From NCBI GenBank assembly GCA_965213705.1, contig OZ243913.1, positions 1,024,001-1,088,000 on the forward strand: a stretch of DNA of 64,000 nt, read 5' to 3'. Under the pieces are notes generated by a model. It saw only the letters and a list, made by a program, of their open reading frames with translations, made no database searches and was not told where the DNA came from. Position 1 is the first letter of the stretch; the number at the start of each line of letters is the position of its first letter. Positions 32,480 through 42,472 of this stretch are shown here, piece by piece. Position numbers and translations under genes: made by a program. The stretch is from Trueperaceae bacterium (GTDB lineage: Bacteria > Deinococcota > Deinococci > Deinococcales > Trueperaceae).

Positions 32480-33856
32480 TCACGCAGCCAGCGCGTCTTT
32501 GAACTCGCCGACCAGCGTGGACAGCGTGGCCTTGGCATCGCCAAAAAGCATACGGGTATTTTCTTTGAAAAACAGGGGATTTTCGACACCTGAAAAGCCG
32601 GGCTTGAGGCTCCGTTTGAGGACGAACACGGTCCTGGCGTTGTCCACGTTGATGATGGGCATTCCGTAAAGTGGGCTACCCGCGTCCTCGCGCGCAGCCG
32701 GGTTGACCACGTCGTTCGCGCCGATGACGATGGCGACATCGACCGCGTCCATCGTTGGGTTGACGTCGTCGGGCTCAACGAGCGCTTCGTAGGGCACGTT
32801 GGCCTCGGCGAGGAGCACGTTCATGTGGCCCGGCATCCGCCCGGCGACCGGGTGAATCGCGTAACGCACCTCGGCCCCGTTGGCTTCGAGTAAGTCGGCG
32901 AGTTCGCGCACCATGTGCTGCGCCTGCGCCACGGCCATGCCGTAGCCGGGCACGAAGATGACGCTGTTGGCGGCTTCCAGCAGATAGTAAGCGTCCTCGG
33001 CGGAAATCGCCTTGGCTTCGCCCTCGACTTTCAAGCTGCTCGAGGCCGTCACCGCCCCAAAGCCGCTGAAAAGCACGTTGGCGAGCGAGCGGTTCATCGC
33101 CTTGCACATGATGTTGGTCAAAATCAGCCCCGACGCCCCGACGAGCGAGCCCGCGACGATTAACACGTTGTTGCCGATGATAAAGCCCGCCATACTCGCC
33201 GCCAGCCCCGAGTAACTGTTGAGCAGCGACACCACGATGGGCATGTCCGCCCCGCCGATGGGAACGACCGCCAGCACCCCCAGACAAAGCGCGATGAGGA
33301 TGGCGAGAACGAACAGAAGATACACGCTGCCCGGCGCAAGGGCGAAAATAATTCCGATGAGGAGCGCCCCGCCGAGCAGCGCTGCGTTGACGAGCTGCTG
33401 GTTGTTAAATTGAATGGGTTTGCCTTCCAGCCGCCCCGACAGCTTGCCGAAAGCGACCAGGCTGCCCGTAAAGGTCACGCCGCCTATCAAAACCGCCAAA
33501 AAGATAGCGACGGCGGTAAACGCGTCGGTCTGCGGCGCGCGCTGGTACTCGGCCCAGCCGACGAGCAGACTCGCCAAGCCGCCCGAGCCGTTCAGGAGCG
33601 CCACCATCTCGGGCATCTGCGTCATCTGCACCGTGCGCGCGGCGACCACGCCGATAACCGCGCCGACGGCGAGACCCACAAAAATCCAGGTGTAAGCCAG
33701 CCCGCTCACCGACAGCGTCACAACAATCGCCAGCAGCATCCCAGCGGCTGAGACGAGGTTGCCACGCCGCGCGGTTTCGGCGCGACCCAGCATCTTCAAG
33801 CCGTAGATAAACAGCACCGAGGCGACGATGTAGGCGATGTTGACGAAGACGCTCAC
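32480..33856 (-). CDS. pntB: NAD(P) transhydrogenase beta subunit
   Basis: IGGADMP, PGYGMAVAQAQ, HPVAGRMPGHMNVLLAEA, GANDVVNP. Confidence 0.97.
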   Translation of the reverse strand: MSVFVNIAYIVASVLFIYGLKMLGRAETARRGNLVSAAGMLLAIVVTLSVSGLAYTWIFVGLAVGAVIGVVAARTVQMTQMPEMVALLNGSGGLASLLVGWAEYQRAPQTDAFTAVAIFLAVLIGGVTFTGSLVAFGKLSGRLEGKPIQFNNQQLVNAALLGGALLIGIIFALAPGSVYLLFVLAILIALCLGVLAVVPIGGADMPIVVSLLNSYSGLAASMAGFIIGNNVLIVAGSLVGASGLILTNIMCKAMNRSLANVLFSGFGAVTASSSLKVEGEAKAISAEDAYYLLEAANSVIFVPGYGMAVAQAQHMVRELADLLEANGAEVRYAIHPVAGRMPGHMNVLLAEANVPYEALVEPDDVNPTMDAVDVAIVIGANDVVNPAAREDAGSPLYGMPIINVDNARTVFVLKRSLKPGFSGVENPLFFKENTRMLFGDAKATLSTLVGEFKDALAA

Positions 33857-34128
33857 TTTTTACCCGTCTTGAACATGCCCAGCATCCGGTCGGTGACGAG
33901 GTAGCCGCCGACCACGTTGATGGTCGCGAAAATGACCGCCAACGTTCCTAAAAACGTCCCGAACGGCCCGCCGATGCCCGCCGCGATGATGGCACCCACA
34001 ATCGTAATCCCCGAAATCGCGTTCGAGCCCGACATGAGTGGGGTGTGGAGTTGCGACGGCACCTTTTTGATGAGTTCGACGCCCAAGAAAATCGCCAGCA
34101 CGAAGATGAACACCAGTAGGATTATCAC
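33853..34128 (-). CDS. pntAB: NAD(P) transhydrogenase alpha subunit part 2 (membrane)
   Basis: LHTPLMSGSNAISG, NVVGGY.VTDRML. Confidence 0.93.
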   Translation of the reverse strand: MIILLVFIFVLAIFLGVELIKKVPSQLHTPLMSGSNAISGITIVGAIIAAGIGGPFGTFLGTLAVIFATINVVGGYLVTDRMLGMFKTGKK

Positions 34129-35261
34129 GCTTGTCCCTCCACGACTGCGCGTATGCGCTCGTCCCGAATCTCGCCACCGTGCGTCAGCAAGACGCTTTTT
34201 ACAATCTCGTCTTCCGTGTTCAGCTCGAGCCGACCCGTTTCCTTGTTCCAGGCGTGCTCCAACAAGTTTGCCACGTTGCTCGCGTACATCTGCGAGGCGT
34301 CGCGGGCGACCTCGCCGGGAAAGTTGCTCATCCCGACGACGCGCACGCCGTCCACCGTCACCGTTTCGTCGGGGACGGTGCCTTCGACGTTGCCGCCGGT
34401 CGAGGCGGCCAAATCCACCACCACGCTGCCCGGTCGCATCCCGGCGACCATCTCTTTAGACACGATGCGCGGCGCAGCCCGCCCGAACACCTGCGCCGTG
34501 GTGATGACGATGTCCGACCCGGCGATGACTTTCGCCATGCCCTGCCGTTGCCGCTCTAACTGCTCTTCGGTGAGGGCTTTCGCGTAACCCTGTTCGGTCT
34601 GGCCGGTCTCGCCCACGTCGATTTTGACGAACTTCGCACCCAGGGACTGCACCTGTTCCTCGACGACGGGCCGCGTGTCGAACGCCTCGACCCGCGCGCC
34701 GAGGCGTTTGGCGGTGGCGATGGCCTGCAAACCCGCCACGCCCGCGCCGATGACGAACACCCGCGCCGGCGGAATCGTCCCGGCGGGCGTGCTCATCATC
34801 GGGAACGCCTTGGGCAGCGCGTCGGCCGCCTTGACGACGGCGACGTAACCGGCTAGGGAGGCTTGGCTCGAGAGCGCGTCCATCTTCTGCGCGTAGGTCG
34901 TGCGCGGCACGAGTTCCATGCAGAGCGCACTGACGCCCTTCTCGGCAAGTTTTTTGACGAGCGGGCCGTTTTGGAAGGGCTCCAAAAAACTCACCAGAAC
35001 GGTGTTTTCTTTCAAGTCAGAAATCAACTCAGCGTTCGGTTTGCCCAACAGAACGACGACGTCGGCCCGACTCAAGTTGGGCTCGTCCACCAGCGTCGCG
35101 CCCGCCTTGGCATAGTCCGCGTCCGCAAAGCCGAGCGCCGCGCCGTAGCCCTTTGGAACTTCCACGCCAGCGCCGAGCCCGACAAGTTTCTGTGCGGCCT
35201 GCGGCGTTACGGCGACGCGCGCTTCTTCGGGGTCGGCTTCTCTCGCAACGACGATGTTCAT
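34125..35261 (-). CDS. pntAA: NAD(P) transhydrogenase alpha subunit part 1
   Basis: RTTYAQKMDALSS, GAGVAGLQAIATA, EQVQSLG, GGNVE. Confidence 0.95.
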   Translation of the reverse strand: MNIVVAREADPEEARVAVTPQAAQKLVGLGAGVEVPKGYGAALGFADADYAKAGATLVDEPNLSRADVVVLLGKPNAELISDLKENTVLVSFLEPFQNGPLVKKLAEKGVSALCMELVPRTTYAQKMDALSSQASLAGYVAVVKAADALPKAFPMMSTPAGTIPPARVFVIGAGVAGLQAIATAKRLGARVEAFDTRPVVEEQVQSLGAKFVKIDVGETGQTEQGYAKALTEEQLERQRQGMAKVIAGSDIVITTAQVFGRAAPRIVSKEMVAGMRPGSVVVDLAASTGGNVEGTVPDETVTVDGVRVVGMSNFPGEVARDASQMYASNVANLLEHAWNKETGRLELNTEDEIVKSVLLTHGGEIRDERIRAVVEGQA

Positions 35262-35473
35262 GTGCCAAGCATCATGACATATTTGGGGTTGACTGGGTTT
35301 GAAAGTCTCGCCGCAGGGTGGGAGGCCAGGAAAGTTGAGAAGACCGAAGGGCGGGTGTTCGGTTTACCGGCCCTTTTGTTTGCTGTTTGTACCTTTGACA
35401 GCGGGTGAAGGTTCTTGCAGCAGGCTTGGCGCGTGACCGTGTTAAGCTTTTGCGAACTGGAAAGGCTTCTTTT

Positions 35474-36679
35474 ATGGCGCAACCTACCCCCGGAGGGCTC
35501 CCGTTTTTACGCAAGGTCAAGCCGAGCTACCTCGTGCTGCTCGCGCTCGCGCCGCTCGTCGTGTACCTGTTCGTTTACAACCCGGTTTACCAGAGTTCGC
35601 TGAAGTTCATCCTGCCCGGCATCCAGCTGACGCTGCTGCTCGCCGTGTTCGGCTACCTGTTGGCGGCGGTGTGGGGCCTCATTTTGGCGGGAATGCAGTT
35701 TTTGAAGCTCGGCCGGGGCACCTTGCGAACTTTTCTAGTCATAGGCGCGGGTTTCGTCCTGGTGAGCGTCGGCCTGCTGTTTTTGCCCAAAGACGACTAC
35801 GTGCTCGTCGGTGCGGCGGACGGCACGGTCGCCATCGTCCAGGGCACGCCGCGCTCGCTGAGCGACGCGGTGCGCGGCGGAACTTACCGGGAGGGCGCGC
35901 CCGAGCGCGCCTTTCGCGCCGTGCCCGACGCTGAAACGGCCCTGGACCGTATTCGCACCGGCACCTACACGGGCGCGCTCATTCCCAAGTCGGCTGTGCC
36001 GGCGGGTGAAACCGTTCTTTGGGAAACCTCGGTCACGCCGCAGCCGCGCATCAACCTGTTTTCCGGGCTGTTGGCGCTGGGCGTGTTTTTGCTGCTGCTG
36101 ACGTTCGGCGGCTGGCAGAGCGGCGAACACCCGCTGGCGATTTTTGCCGAACTTTACATCGACATTATCCGGGGCATCCCGATGCTCGTCATCATCTTGT
36201 TCATCGGCCTGGTGTTGCCGGGCGAACTCGCCAAGCTCAACATCTTGTTCGAGCCCGACAACGAATTTTTGCGCAACCTGCAGCGCGGCACCTTGGCTAT
36301 CGGCCTCGCTTACGCGGCGTACATGGCCGAGATTTTCCGCGCCGGCATCCAGGCCGTCCCGCGCGGCCAGACCGAAGCGGCGCGCACGCTCGGTTTGACG
36401 GGGTTGCAGACGGTACGCTTCATCGTCTTGCCGCAAGCCCTGCGCGTGGTGATTCCGCCCTTGGGCAACGAGTTCATCGCCATGCTCAAAGACACCGCCA
36501 TCATCTCGCTCATCGGCACCGAGGAGATGACGCGCTTGGCGCGGGCCTACGGCGCGGCGACGCTGAACAACATCCCGCCCTACAACACGGCGGCGGTGCT
36601 CTACATCGTGCTCACGTTGAGCGCCTCGAGCCTGCTGAAATGGATAGAGCGCCGCACCGGGGCGGGGGAGACGCGCTAG
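35474..36679 (+). CDS. Polar amino-acid ABC transporter permease (HisM family) with a large insertion
   Basis: YIDIIRGIPML, AAYMAEIFRAGIQAVPRGQ.EAA, ILPQALR...P.LGNEFI..LKDT. Confidence 0.9.
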   Translation: MAQPTPGGLPFLRKVKPSYLVLLALAPLVVYLFVYNPVYQSSLKFILPGIQLTLLLAVFGYLLAAVWGLILAGMQFLKLGRGTLRTFLVIGAGFVLVSVGLLFLPKDDYVLVGAADGTVAIVQGTPRSLSDAVRGGTYREGAPERAFRAVPDAETALDRIRTGTYTGALIPKSAVPAGETVLWETSVTPQPRINLFSGLLALGVFLLLLTFGGWQSGEHPLAIFAELYIDIIRGIPMLVIILFIGLVLPGELAKLNILFEPDNEFLRNLQRGTLAIGLAYAAYMAEIFRAGIQAVPRGQTEAARTLGLTGLQTVRFIVLPQALRVVIPPLGNEFIAMLKDTAIISLIGTEEMTRLARAYGAATLNNIPPYNTAAVLYIVLTLSASSLLKWIERRTGAGETR

Positions 36680-36808
36680 GTCGGGGTAATACTCGACTTT
36701 GTTGAGCGTGAACTTTGCTGAACCGGAAGTAAGAATTTAGAATTCAGGAGTCAGAAGCTGGCGACGTGAGAGGGTGCATCGTCCCGACCCTTAACGCCAC
36801 ATCGCCAA

Positions 36809-36855
36809 TGCCACCACGCCGCTGGTGCCACCACGCCGTCAGTGCCACCACACCG
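36809..36855. repeat. Three 17 bp-period copies of TGCCACCAC(G/A)CCG overlapping the CPBP gene 3' end
   Basis: Units start at 36809, 36826 and 36843. Confidence 0.85.
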
Positions 36856-37660
36856 CGAGGTTCGGGTAGTAAGCCTCGACGATGATTTGAAACAAGAAAT
36901 AGTCGACAATTAAATGAACGATCAATACCCAGACGAGGATGCGTGAGCGCTCGAACATCGCCCCCTGTGACAGCGCGAGGACGGCGATGAAAACCGGCCC
37001 CCAGCCCGTAAAGGCCATGTCGTAGAGCACGACCGTGTAGATGACCGCTTGCGCCGGGTTGGCGACGCGGTAGGGAAACAGGCTGCGCAAAATCGCGAAG
37101 CAGATGTTGATGAAAAACAGTTCGTCCCACACCCCGACCGCGTTGATGCCCATGAAGAGTTTGAACAGTTCCTCACCGTCGGGCACGCTCGGCAGCGTCC
37201 AGTTGAACCTCACCTCCGGACTGAGAATTTCCAAGTACAGCGTGAGTCCGGCCCAGGCCAGCGGCACGCTGCTCAAAGTGTAAAGAAAGTCGACAAGGTC
37301 GAAGTGCTTCGGCCACAGCTTGAAGGTGATGATGTCGGGTCGCCGCAGGATGAGGGGCGGCACCACGAGCACGGCGACCAAGGCCGAGCCCAGCTCGAGC
37401 ACGTGCCGCCAGCCCAGCCCCGTGTCCAGCGGCGCGACCGCCAAAATGCCGAGCGGGACGGCGAGTGCTAGATACTTGCGGCGGCGTTCGGAATTTTCTT
37501 GAGGAAGGACAAAACAAAAGCCGAGCGCCGCCGCCAAACCGAGCCCGACGCGCAAACTCACCGACAAGAAAAAGACGTTGCGGTCGAGCGGCAACAGCAT
37601 CACGGTGGCGAACAGCAGCAGCAACAGCGGCCACAGGGAAGGGGGTTTGGGGGTCGTCAC
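36839..37660 (-). CDS. CPBP/Abi family intramembrane protease-like protein
   Basis: Multiple TM segments; WDELFF (EExxFR variant); C-terminal VHLIVD. Confidence 0.7.
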   Translation of the reverse strand: MTTPKPPSLWPLLLLLFATVMLLPLDRNVFFLSVSLRVGLGLAAALGFCFVLPQENSERRRKYLALAVPLGILAVAPLDTGLGWRHVLELGSALVAVLVVPPLILRRPDIITFKLWPKHFDLVDFLYTLSSVPLAWAGLTLYLEILSPEVRFNWTLPSVPDGEELFKLFMGINAVGVWDELFFINICFAILRSLFPYRVANPAQAVIYTVVLYDMAFTGWGPVFIAVLALSQGAMFERSRILVWVLIVHLIVDYFLFQIIVEAYYPNLAVWWH

Positions 37661-37703
37661 GCTGCAAGCATTCTAACGTGTGTCCCAAAGGTATCCTGGG
37701 ACC

Positions 37704-38783
37704 ATGCCGACCGCCACCGTCAGTCTGGACGCCCTTCGCCACAACGTGGCGCGCGTCCGCAGCCACTTACAGCCTGAAACGCAACTGCTCGCCGCCGTCA
37801 AGGCGAACGCCTACGGACACGGCGCGGTGAGGGTGGCGCGTCACTTCGCGGCCTGCGGCGTCACTCATTTCGGCGTCGCCACCGCCGGGGAAGCTTTGGA
37901 GTTGCGCGCGGGCGGCGTGACCCGGCCGATTCTCATTTTTTCGCCGGTCTACCAAAACATTCCCGAACTCGTCGACTACGGCGTAAGCTTGACCGTTGCG
38001 GATACCCACAGTTTGGACGCTGCTAAGGTGAGCGGCGTGAGGGCGAAAGTTCACCTCAAAGTCGACACCGGCATGGGCCGTTTGGGGCTGGGTTGGCGCG
38101 AGGCCGTCGAACTCGCCAAGCACGTCGACGCGGCTGAAAACCTCGTTTTAGAGGGCGTCTGGACCCACTTCGCCGCCTCGGACGACGACGACCGGACGTT
38201 TACGCTGGCTCAGCTCGAGGCCTTTACCCTCTTTTTAGAAGGTCTGCGCGAGCACGGTATCGACCCCGGACTCGTCCACGCTGCCAACTCCGCCGGAATT
38301 TTCGCCTACCCCGAGGCGCACTTCGACCTGGTGCGGCCGGGCATCGCGCTCTACGGTTACCACTCGAGCGAGGTCGTCGCCGCACTGGAAAAAGACCTGC
38401 AGCCCGCGCTGACCCTCACCGCGCCCGTGACTTTTGTAAAGCGCGTGAAAGCAGGTACGCCCGTTTCTTACAGCGGTTTGTGGCGAGCGCCGCGCGACAC
38501 CACCGTCGCCACGGTGCGCGTCGGCTACGCCGACGGTTATCCGCGGCTGCTCACGAACAAGGGCGAGGTCGGCTTCAAAGGTGAACTCAAACCCGTCGCC
38601 GGGCGCGTCTGCATGGACCAGACGATGGTGGACGTGGGCGACGCCGAAGTCGAGGTTGGCGACAGGGTCACGCTGTTCGGCCCCGGCGGGCTGGACGCGG
38701 AAACGCTCGCAGGCCGTGTGGGGACGATTTCTTACGACCTGTTGGTGTCGCTCTCGAGCCGGGTCGAGCGCGTTTACGAGTGA
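37704..38783 (+). CDS. alr: Alanine racemase
   Basis: AVKANAYGHG PLP lysine, KVDTGMGRLG, GYADG, GRVCMDQ. TATCCT 6 nt before ATG 37704. Confidence 0.97.
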   Translation: MPTATVSLDALRHNVARVRSHLQPETQLLAAVKANAYGHGAVRVARHFAACGVTHFGVATAGEALELRAGGVTRPILIFSPVYQNIPELVDYGVSLTVADTHSLDAAKVSGVRAKVHLKVDTGMGRLGLGWREAVELAKHVDAAENLVLEGVWTHFAASDDDDRTFTLAQLEAFTLFLEGLREHGIDPGLVHAANSAGIFAYPEAHFDLVRPGIALYGYHSSEVVAALEKDLQPALTLTAPVTFVKRVKAGTPVSYSGLWRAPRDTTVATVRVGYADGYPRLLTNKGEVGFKGELKPVAGRVCMDQTMVDVGDAEVEVGDRVTLFGPGGLDAETLAGRVGTISYDLLVSLSSRVERVYE

Positions 38784-39286
38784 GGTTCAGGCTCTCCCAA
38801 ACGCACCAGCAACACCGGAACTTCCAAGTGCTTGACCACGTCTTGCGCTACGCTGCCCAGCAAAAAACGGTCCAAGCCGGCGTGGGCGCGGGTCGCCATC
38901 GCCACCACGTCGACGCGTTCTCGGTTGGCGAAGTCGGCAATGCCCTTGACGGGCTCGCCGAATACCACCGTCGAGGACGCCTCGTAACCCAAGCGCGTCA
39001 GCTCGTCTACTTCCGCTTTCAGGTCTGCGGTGACTTGGGCGCGAAACTCGGCCAACTCCGCCTCGTCCTGAATCGGGTGCAGGAGGGTGGGCTCGTTGTA
39101 CATGTAAAAGCCGTAGTCCACCCCGACCATCGCCGGTTGCGCGAGCGGGGCGGCGAGCGAGGCGGTGGTGGCGATGTGAAGAAGTCTGACCCGGTACTGC
39201 TCCGGTGGAAAAAGCTCGCGCGCGACCGGCAAAATTTGCGCGCTGAAGCCGGTGTTGTCCAGCGGCAGCAGCAGCGTTTTAGCCAC
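38774..39286 (-). CDS. Universal stress protein
   Basis: LLLPLD, GEP...I, VAMAT, LLGSVAQDVV...VPVLLV. Confidence 0.9.
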   Translation of the reverse strand: MAKTLLLPLDNTGFSAQILPVARELFPPEQYRVRLLHIATTASLAAPLAQPAMVGVDYGFYMYNEPTLLHPIQDEAELAEFRAQVTADLKAEVDELTRLGYEASSTVVFGEPVKGIADFANRERVDVVAMATRAHAGLDRFLLGSVAQDVVKHLEVPVLLVRLGEPEPHS

Positions 39287-39524
39287 CGCTTTCCTGTTCG
39301 AGAATACCCAAGTCCTCGCGTCCGGGCAGGCCGTCCTCGGTGTCGGGAAACTCTTCGGTCAAGTCCCGGTCGGTGTTCTCGGGCAGCTTGATGGGCGGGT
39401 GTTCTTCCTCGCCCAGCACCGGGACGACCGGCTCCTCGCTCGGGCCGTCCAGCGGCGGCTCGTTCGGGTTGGGCAGACTGCCGGGGTCGGGTAGGTTTGC
39501 GCCGGGTTTGCGGTAGTCGCTCAT
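39279..39524 (-). CDS. Pro/acid-rich small hypothetical protein
   Basis: Strong SD AAGGAGG; overlaps the usp start. Confidence 0.65.
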   Translation of the reverse strand: MSDYRKPGANLPDPGSLPNPNEPPLDGPSEEPVVPVLGEEEHPPIKLPENTDRDLTEEFPDTEDGLPGREDLGILEQESGG

Positions 39525-39720
39525 AAAACCTCCTTGAATAGGTCTTCAGTATGCACCGTGGACGGGGCCGAAAACGGCCTCTGTTCTACACTTTTTATAT
39601 CTACACCGTTCTACAATAGCCGCTCCCGGCCGAGCGCGTGTTGTGTTCGGCCGGGAGCGGGCTACCTTCGTTCTCTGTGTGTGCCGTCTTTGCGAAACCC
39701 GCGGGCGTTATCCTAAAGCT

Positions 39721-40224
39721 ATGCCGAACCGAGACGACCTACCCGACTTTTACGACCTCGACTTCGAAAGCACCGATTTTCGCGCCGAGCCCGACAAGTA
39801 CCGCGTCGGCCGGGGTGAGCAGGGCGTGCTGAAGGTCGAGCCCTACAAGGGCGAAATCCTGCCGCACTGGCGCTTCAAAACGCCCGAGATAGCCGAAGCG
39901 TCTTCGTCAAAAATTCTCGAGCTGTTTTACGCTTACTTGCAAGCGGACGACTTCGTCGGCGCGGACATGGCTAGAAAGTTTTTGCAGATGGGCTGGACGC
40001 GCGCCCGGCGTTACGCCAACCACAAAGGCGGCAAAAAGTACAAAGGCCCCGTGCCCGACGACAAAAAAGGCCGGAGCGGCGCGCACGGCCGCGCCGAGCT
40101 GCCGCGCGAGCAAGACCCGGTCAAGGCTGAGTCGGCCGAAATCTTTTACGAACGCTACGTCGAAGCGCGCGAAAACGAAACCTACAAACGCCTGAAAAAA
40201 GCTCACCAGGAGCGCTACGGTTGA
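39721..40224 (+). CDS. DUF4385 family protein
   Basis: YRVGRGEQGVL.VEPYK.EILPHWRF, DMARKFLQMG.TRARRYANH. Confidence 0.88.
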   Translation: MPNRDDLPDFYDLDFESTDFRAEPDKYRVGRGEQGVLKVEPYKGEILPHWRFKTPEIAEASSSKILELFYAYLQADDFVGADMARKFLQMGWTRARRYANHKGGKKYKGPVPDDKKGRSGAHGRAELPREQDPVKAESAEIFYERYVEARENETYKRLKKAHQERYG

Positions 40225-40231
40225 GCTTTTT

Positions 40232-40966
40232 TCAGGTGAGGAGCAGCAGCGCCGCGTAAGCGGCCATGCCGAGGGCGAACGACGAAAAGCGGCTGTTGCG
40301 TTTTTCGGGCAACTCCTCTTTTAAGACGTTGAGCACCACGCCGCCCGCCAAAAAGGCGAACAAGGCGGTGACGAAAGCCTCGTTTATTTCAATGACCAGA
40401 CCCAAGCCCCAGCCGACCAACACCGCCACGGCCAGCAGCCACCGCCCTGTGTCGTGATAGCGGCGTTTGTGGTGCTCACGCAAACCGTAGTCGTTGACGA
40501 AAAAATGCAGCCCCATCGCCACGAAGTACCACAGCAGACTGATGGGCTCCGGCGTCTCGCGGTGCAGCAAAAGATAGCCGACGATGAGGTTGTAAACCCC
40601 GAACGACCCCACGTGTAGCCAGAACACGCCCGGCTCGGTACTCTCAAAAGCGTCACCGTCGTCGGGGTCGTCCGGGTCGTCCCTGCGTGAGGAGAGGGCG
40701 GCCCGCTCGAGCCCGTAAAACACCGCCAGGCCGAGCAGCGCTACCGCGTAGGCGCGCTGCTCGACAAACCCCAAAACCTCGCCCAGCACTTCGTGGCCTT
40801 CGCCCAGTTCGGGCAGCAGGTGCAAAAACACGTAAGCCACCGACGCCCCCCCCGCCGCCGAGAGCCAGCGGCTGCGCGGGATGCCGTCCAAAAAGCGGAG
40901 TTTGCCCGCGAACAGGTGAACCAGCGCGAAGCCGCAAGCGGCGAGAAAAGACAGAAGCGTTTCCAT
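40232..40966 (-). CDS. Multi-pass membrane protein, ZIP-transporter-like
   Basis: S.AGG.SVAYVFLHLLPE, FLAGG..LNVLKEELP. Confidence 0.65.
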   Translation of the reverse strand: METLLSFLAACGFALVHLFAGKLRFLDGIPRSRWLSAAGGASVAYVFLHLLPELGEGHEVLGEVLGFVEQRAYAVALLGLAVFYGLERAALSSRRDDPDDPDDGDAFESTEPGVFWLHVGSFGVYNLIVGYLLLHRETPEPISLLWYFVAMGLHFFVNDYGLREHHKRRYHDTGRWLLAVAVLVGWGLGLVIEINEAFVTALFAFLAGGVVLNVLKEELPEKRNSRFSSFALGMAAYAALLLLT

Positions 40967-41051
40967 AAGCTTTAAGTTACCCCGAAAGACGCGTCTCTTT
41001 CCAACCTGCGTTTCAACTTGCCGCTTGTCTGCTCGCCTTCCACGACTCTTT

Positions 41052-42272
41052 TTACGCACCTCTTTTTCTGCGCAGCGTCCGCGCGTACAGGTAGCTGGCC
41101 GGCAACAGCAGCAACCCCGCCAGGACGAAGGTAAGGGGCATTCCGTAAGCCCGCGCCGCCAAGCCCAACAGCGGCCCGCCCGCGACCTGTCCGAGCGCGT
41201 CCATTTGCCCGTTCATCGAGAACACGGTCGCGCGGGTCCCGCTTTCCAAACTCTGGTTGAGCCAGGCCCGGTAGAGCGGCCCGTTGACGACGCGCAGCAG
41301 GGTCGCCGCGCTGTAAAAGGCGAGCGCCACCAAGAAGTCGCCCGCCAAGCCGAACGCGACGACGCAGACCGTGAGGAGCGCGTTAAGGACGAGCAGCGCT
41401 TTCGCTACCGCGACGTGCGCGTTCAAGTCCACCCTGCGCCGCACCGTTTCGGTCACGAGGATGGACAGGAGGCTCGTCCCGGCAGCTATCAGGCCGAACC
41501 ACAGGGCGGGACCCAAAACCTCAGGCAAGCCGATGTTGCGGATGAAGTGCGCGGTGTAGAGGCGGTCGAAGGCTTCGGACGACGCGCCCAAAATCGCGGT
41601 GATGGCGAAGATGCTGAGGATGACGGGTTTGCGGTTCGCCACTTCCAAGCCCGCAGAAAACGTCGCGCGCATGGCTTTGAAAGGATCGTGGCCCACTTCC
41701 GGGCTGCGCGAAAAGTTTTTCTCGGGCATGAACAGCAGCAAAAACAGGGCCGCCGCCAAAAAACCCACGCCGCCCAAAATCATGGGCAAGCCGAGGTAAA
41801 CCCTGCCGAACAGGACGGCGAGCCCGATGCCGAAAAACGACACGACTTGCCCTACCTGCGTGGCCCGCAAAAAGGCGTCGCCCGCGTTGTGCTCGCCCAG
41901 TTCGTCCGAGACCCAGGCGTCTATCGCGCCGCTTTCAAAGGTCACGCCGAGCCCCCACACCACTTGCGCCAAAAGCATGGTGGCGAACACCGGCAGCGCG
42001 CCCTCGAGCACGAACCCCACCCCGAACAGGGCCATGCCGACAATCACCGACCTGCGGCGGCTGTAGAGGTCGGCGACGATGCCGGTGGGAATTTCGAACA
42101 AAAACACGGTGAGTTCTAAAACCGAGCCGATGAGAACGAGTTGCAAGGGGCCGAGCAGCGCCACTTCGACGCGGTAAACCGAGGACAGCGTGCTGTAGAG
42201 GCTGAACGACAAAGCGGTGATGGCCGTGACGAGCATGTACACCTTGAAAGGGGAAAAACGTTCGGTCAACAT
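41052..42272 (-). CDS. MFS transporter (TetA(P)-like efflux family)
   Basis: FEIPTG.VAD.YSRRRS, SGAIDAW.SDE; about 12 TM segments. Confidence 0.88.
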   Translation of the reverse strand: MLTERFSPFKVYMLVTAITALSFSLYSTLSSVYRVEVALLGPLQLVLIGSVLELTVFLFEIPTGIVADLYSRRRSVIVGMALFGVGFVLEGALPVFATMLLAQVVWGLGVTFESGAIDAWVSDELGEHNAGDAFLRATQVGQVVSFFGIGLAVLFGRVYLGLPMILGGVGFLAAALFLLLFMPEKNFSRSPEVGHDPFKAMRATFSAGLEVANRKPVILSIFAITAILGASSEAFDRLYTAHFIRNIGLPEVLGPALWFGLIAAGTSLLSILVTETVRRRVDLNAHVAVAKALLVLNALLTVCVVAFGLAGDFLVALAFYSAATLLRVVNGPLYRAWLNQSLESGTRATVFSMNGQMDALGQVAGGPLLGLAARAYGMPLTFVLAGLLLLPASYLYARTLRRKRGA

Positions 42273-42472
42273 GTCCTACCTTCCGCACCCGACTCCGCAA
42301 CGGGCCGGGTCCGTCGTAGCTGAACTACGACCTTGGGAGGCTCGAGCCTCCGTACAGGTTTAAGGCGGATAAGTTTTTACATCCCGAGCAAAACGCTTAA
42401 GGGACGGTTCAGTTGACCGTTGTCACAATGCCCCACTATGTAGGGTTTTGGGGCCGGGTGTCAAGGTTCGGT

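Noticed and set aside
32480..35261. Split pntA as a possible frameshift
   Set aside because: Three-subunit transhydrogenases are a normal, established arrangement.
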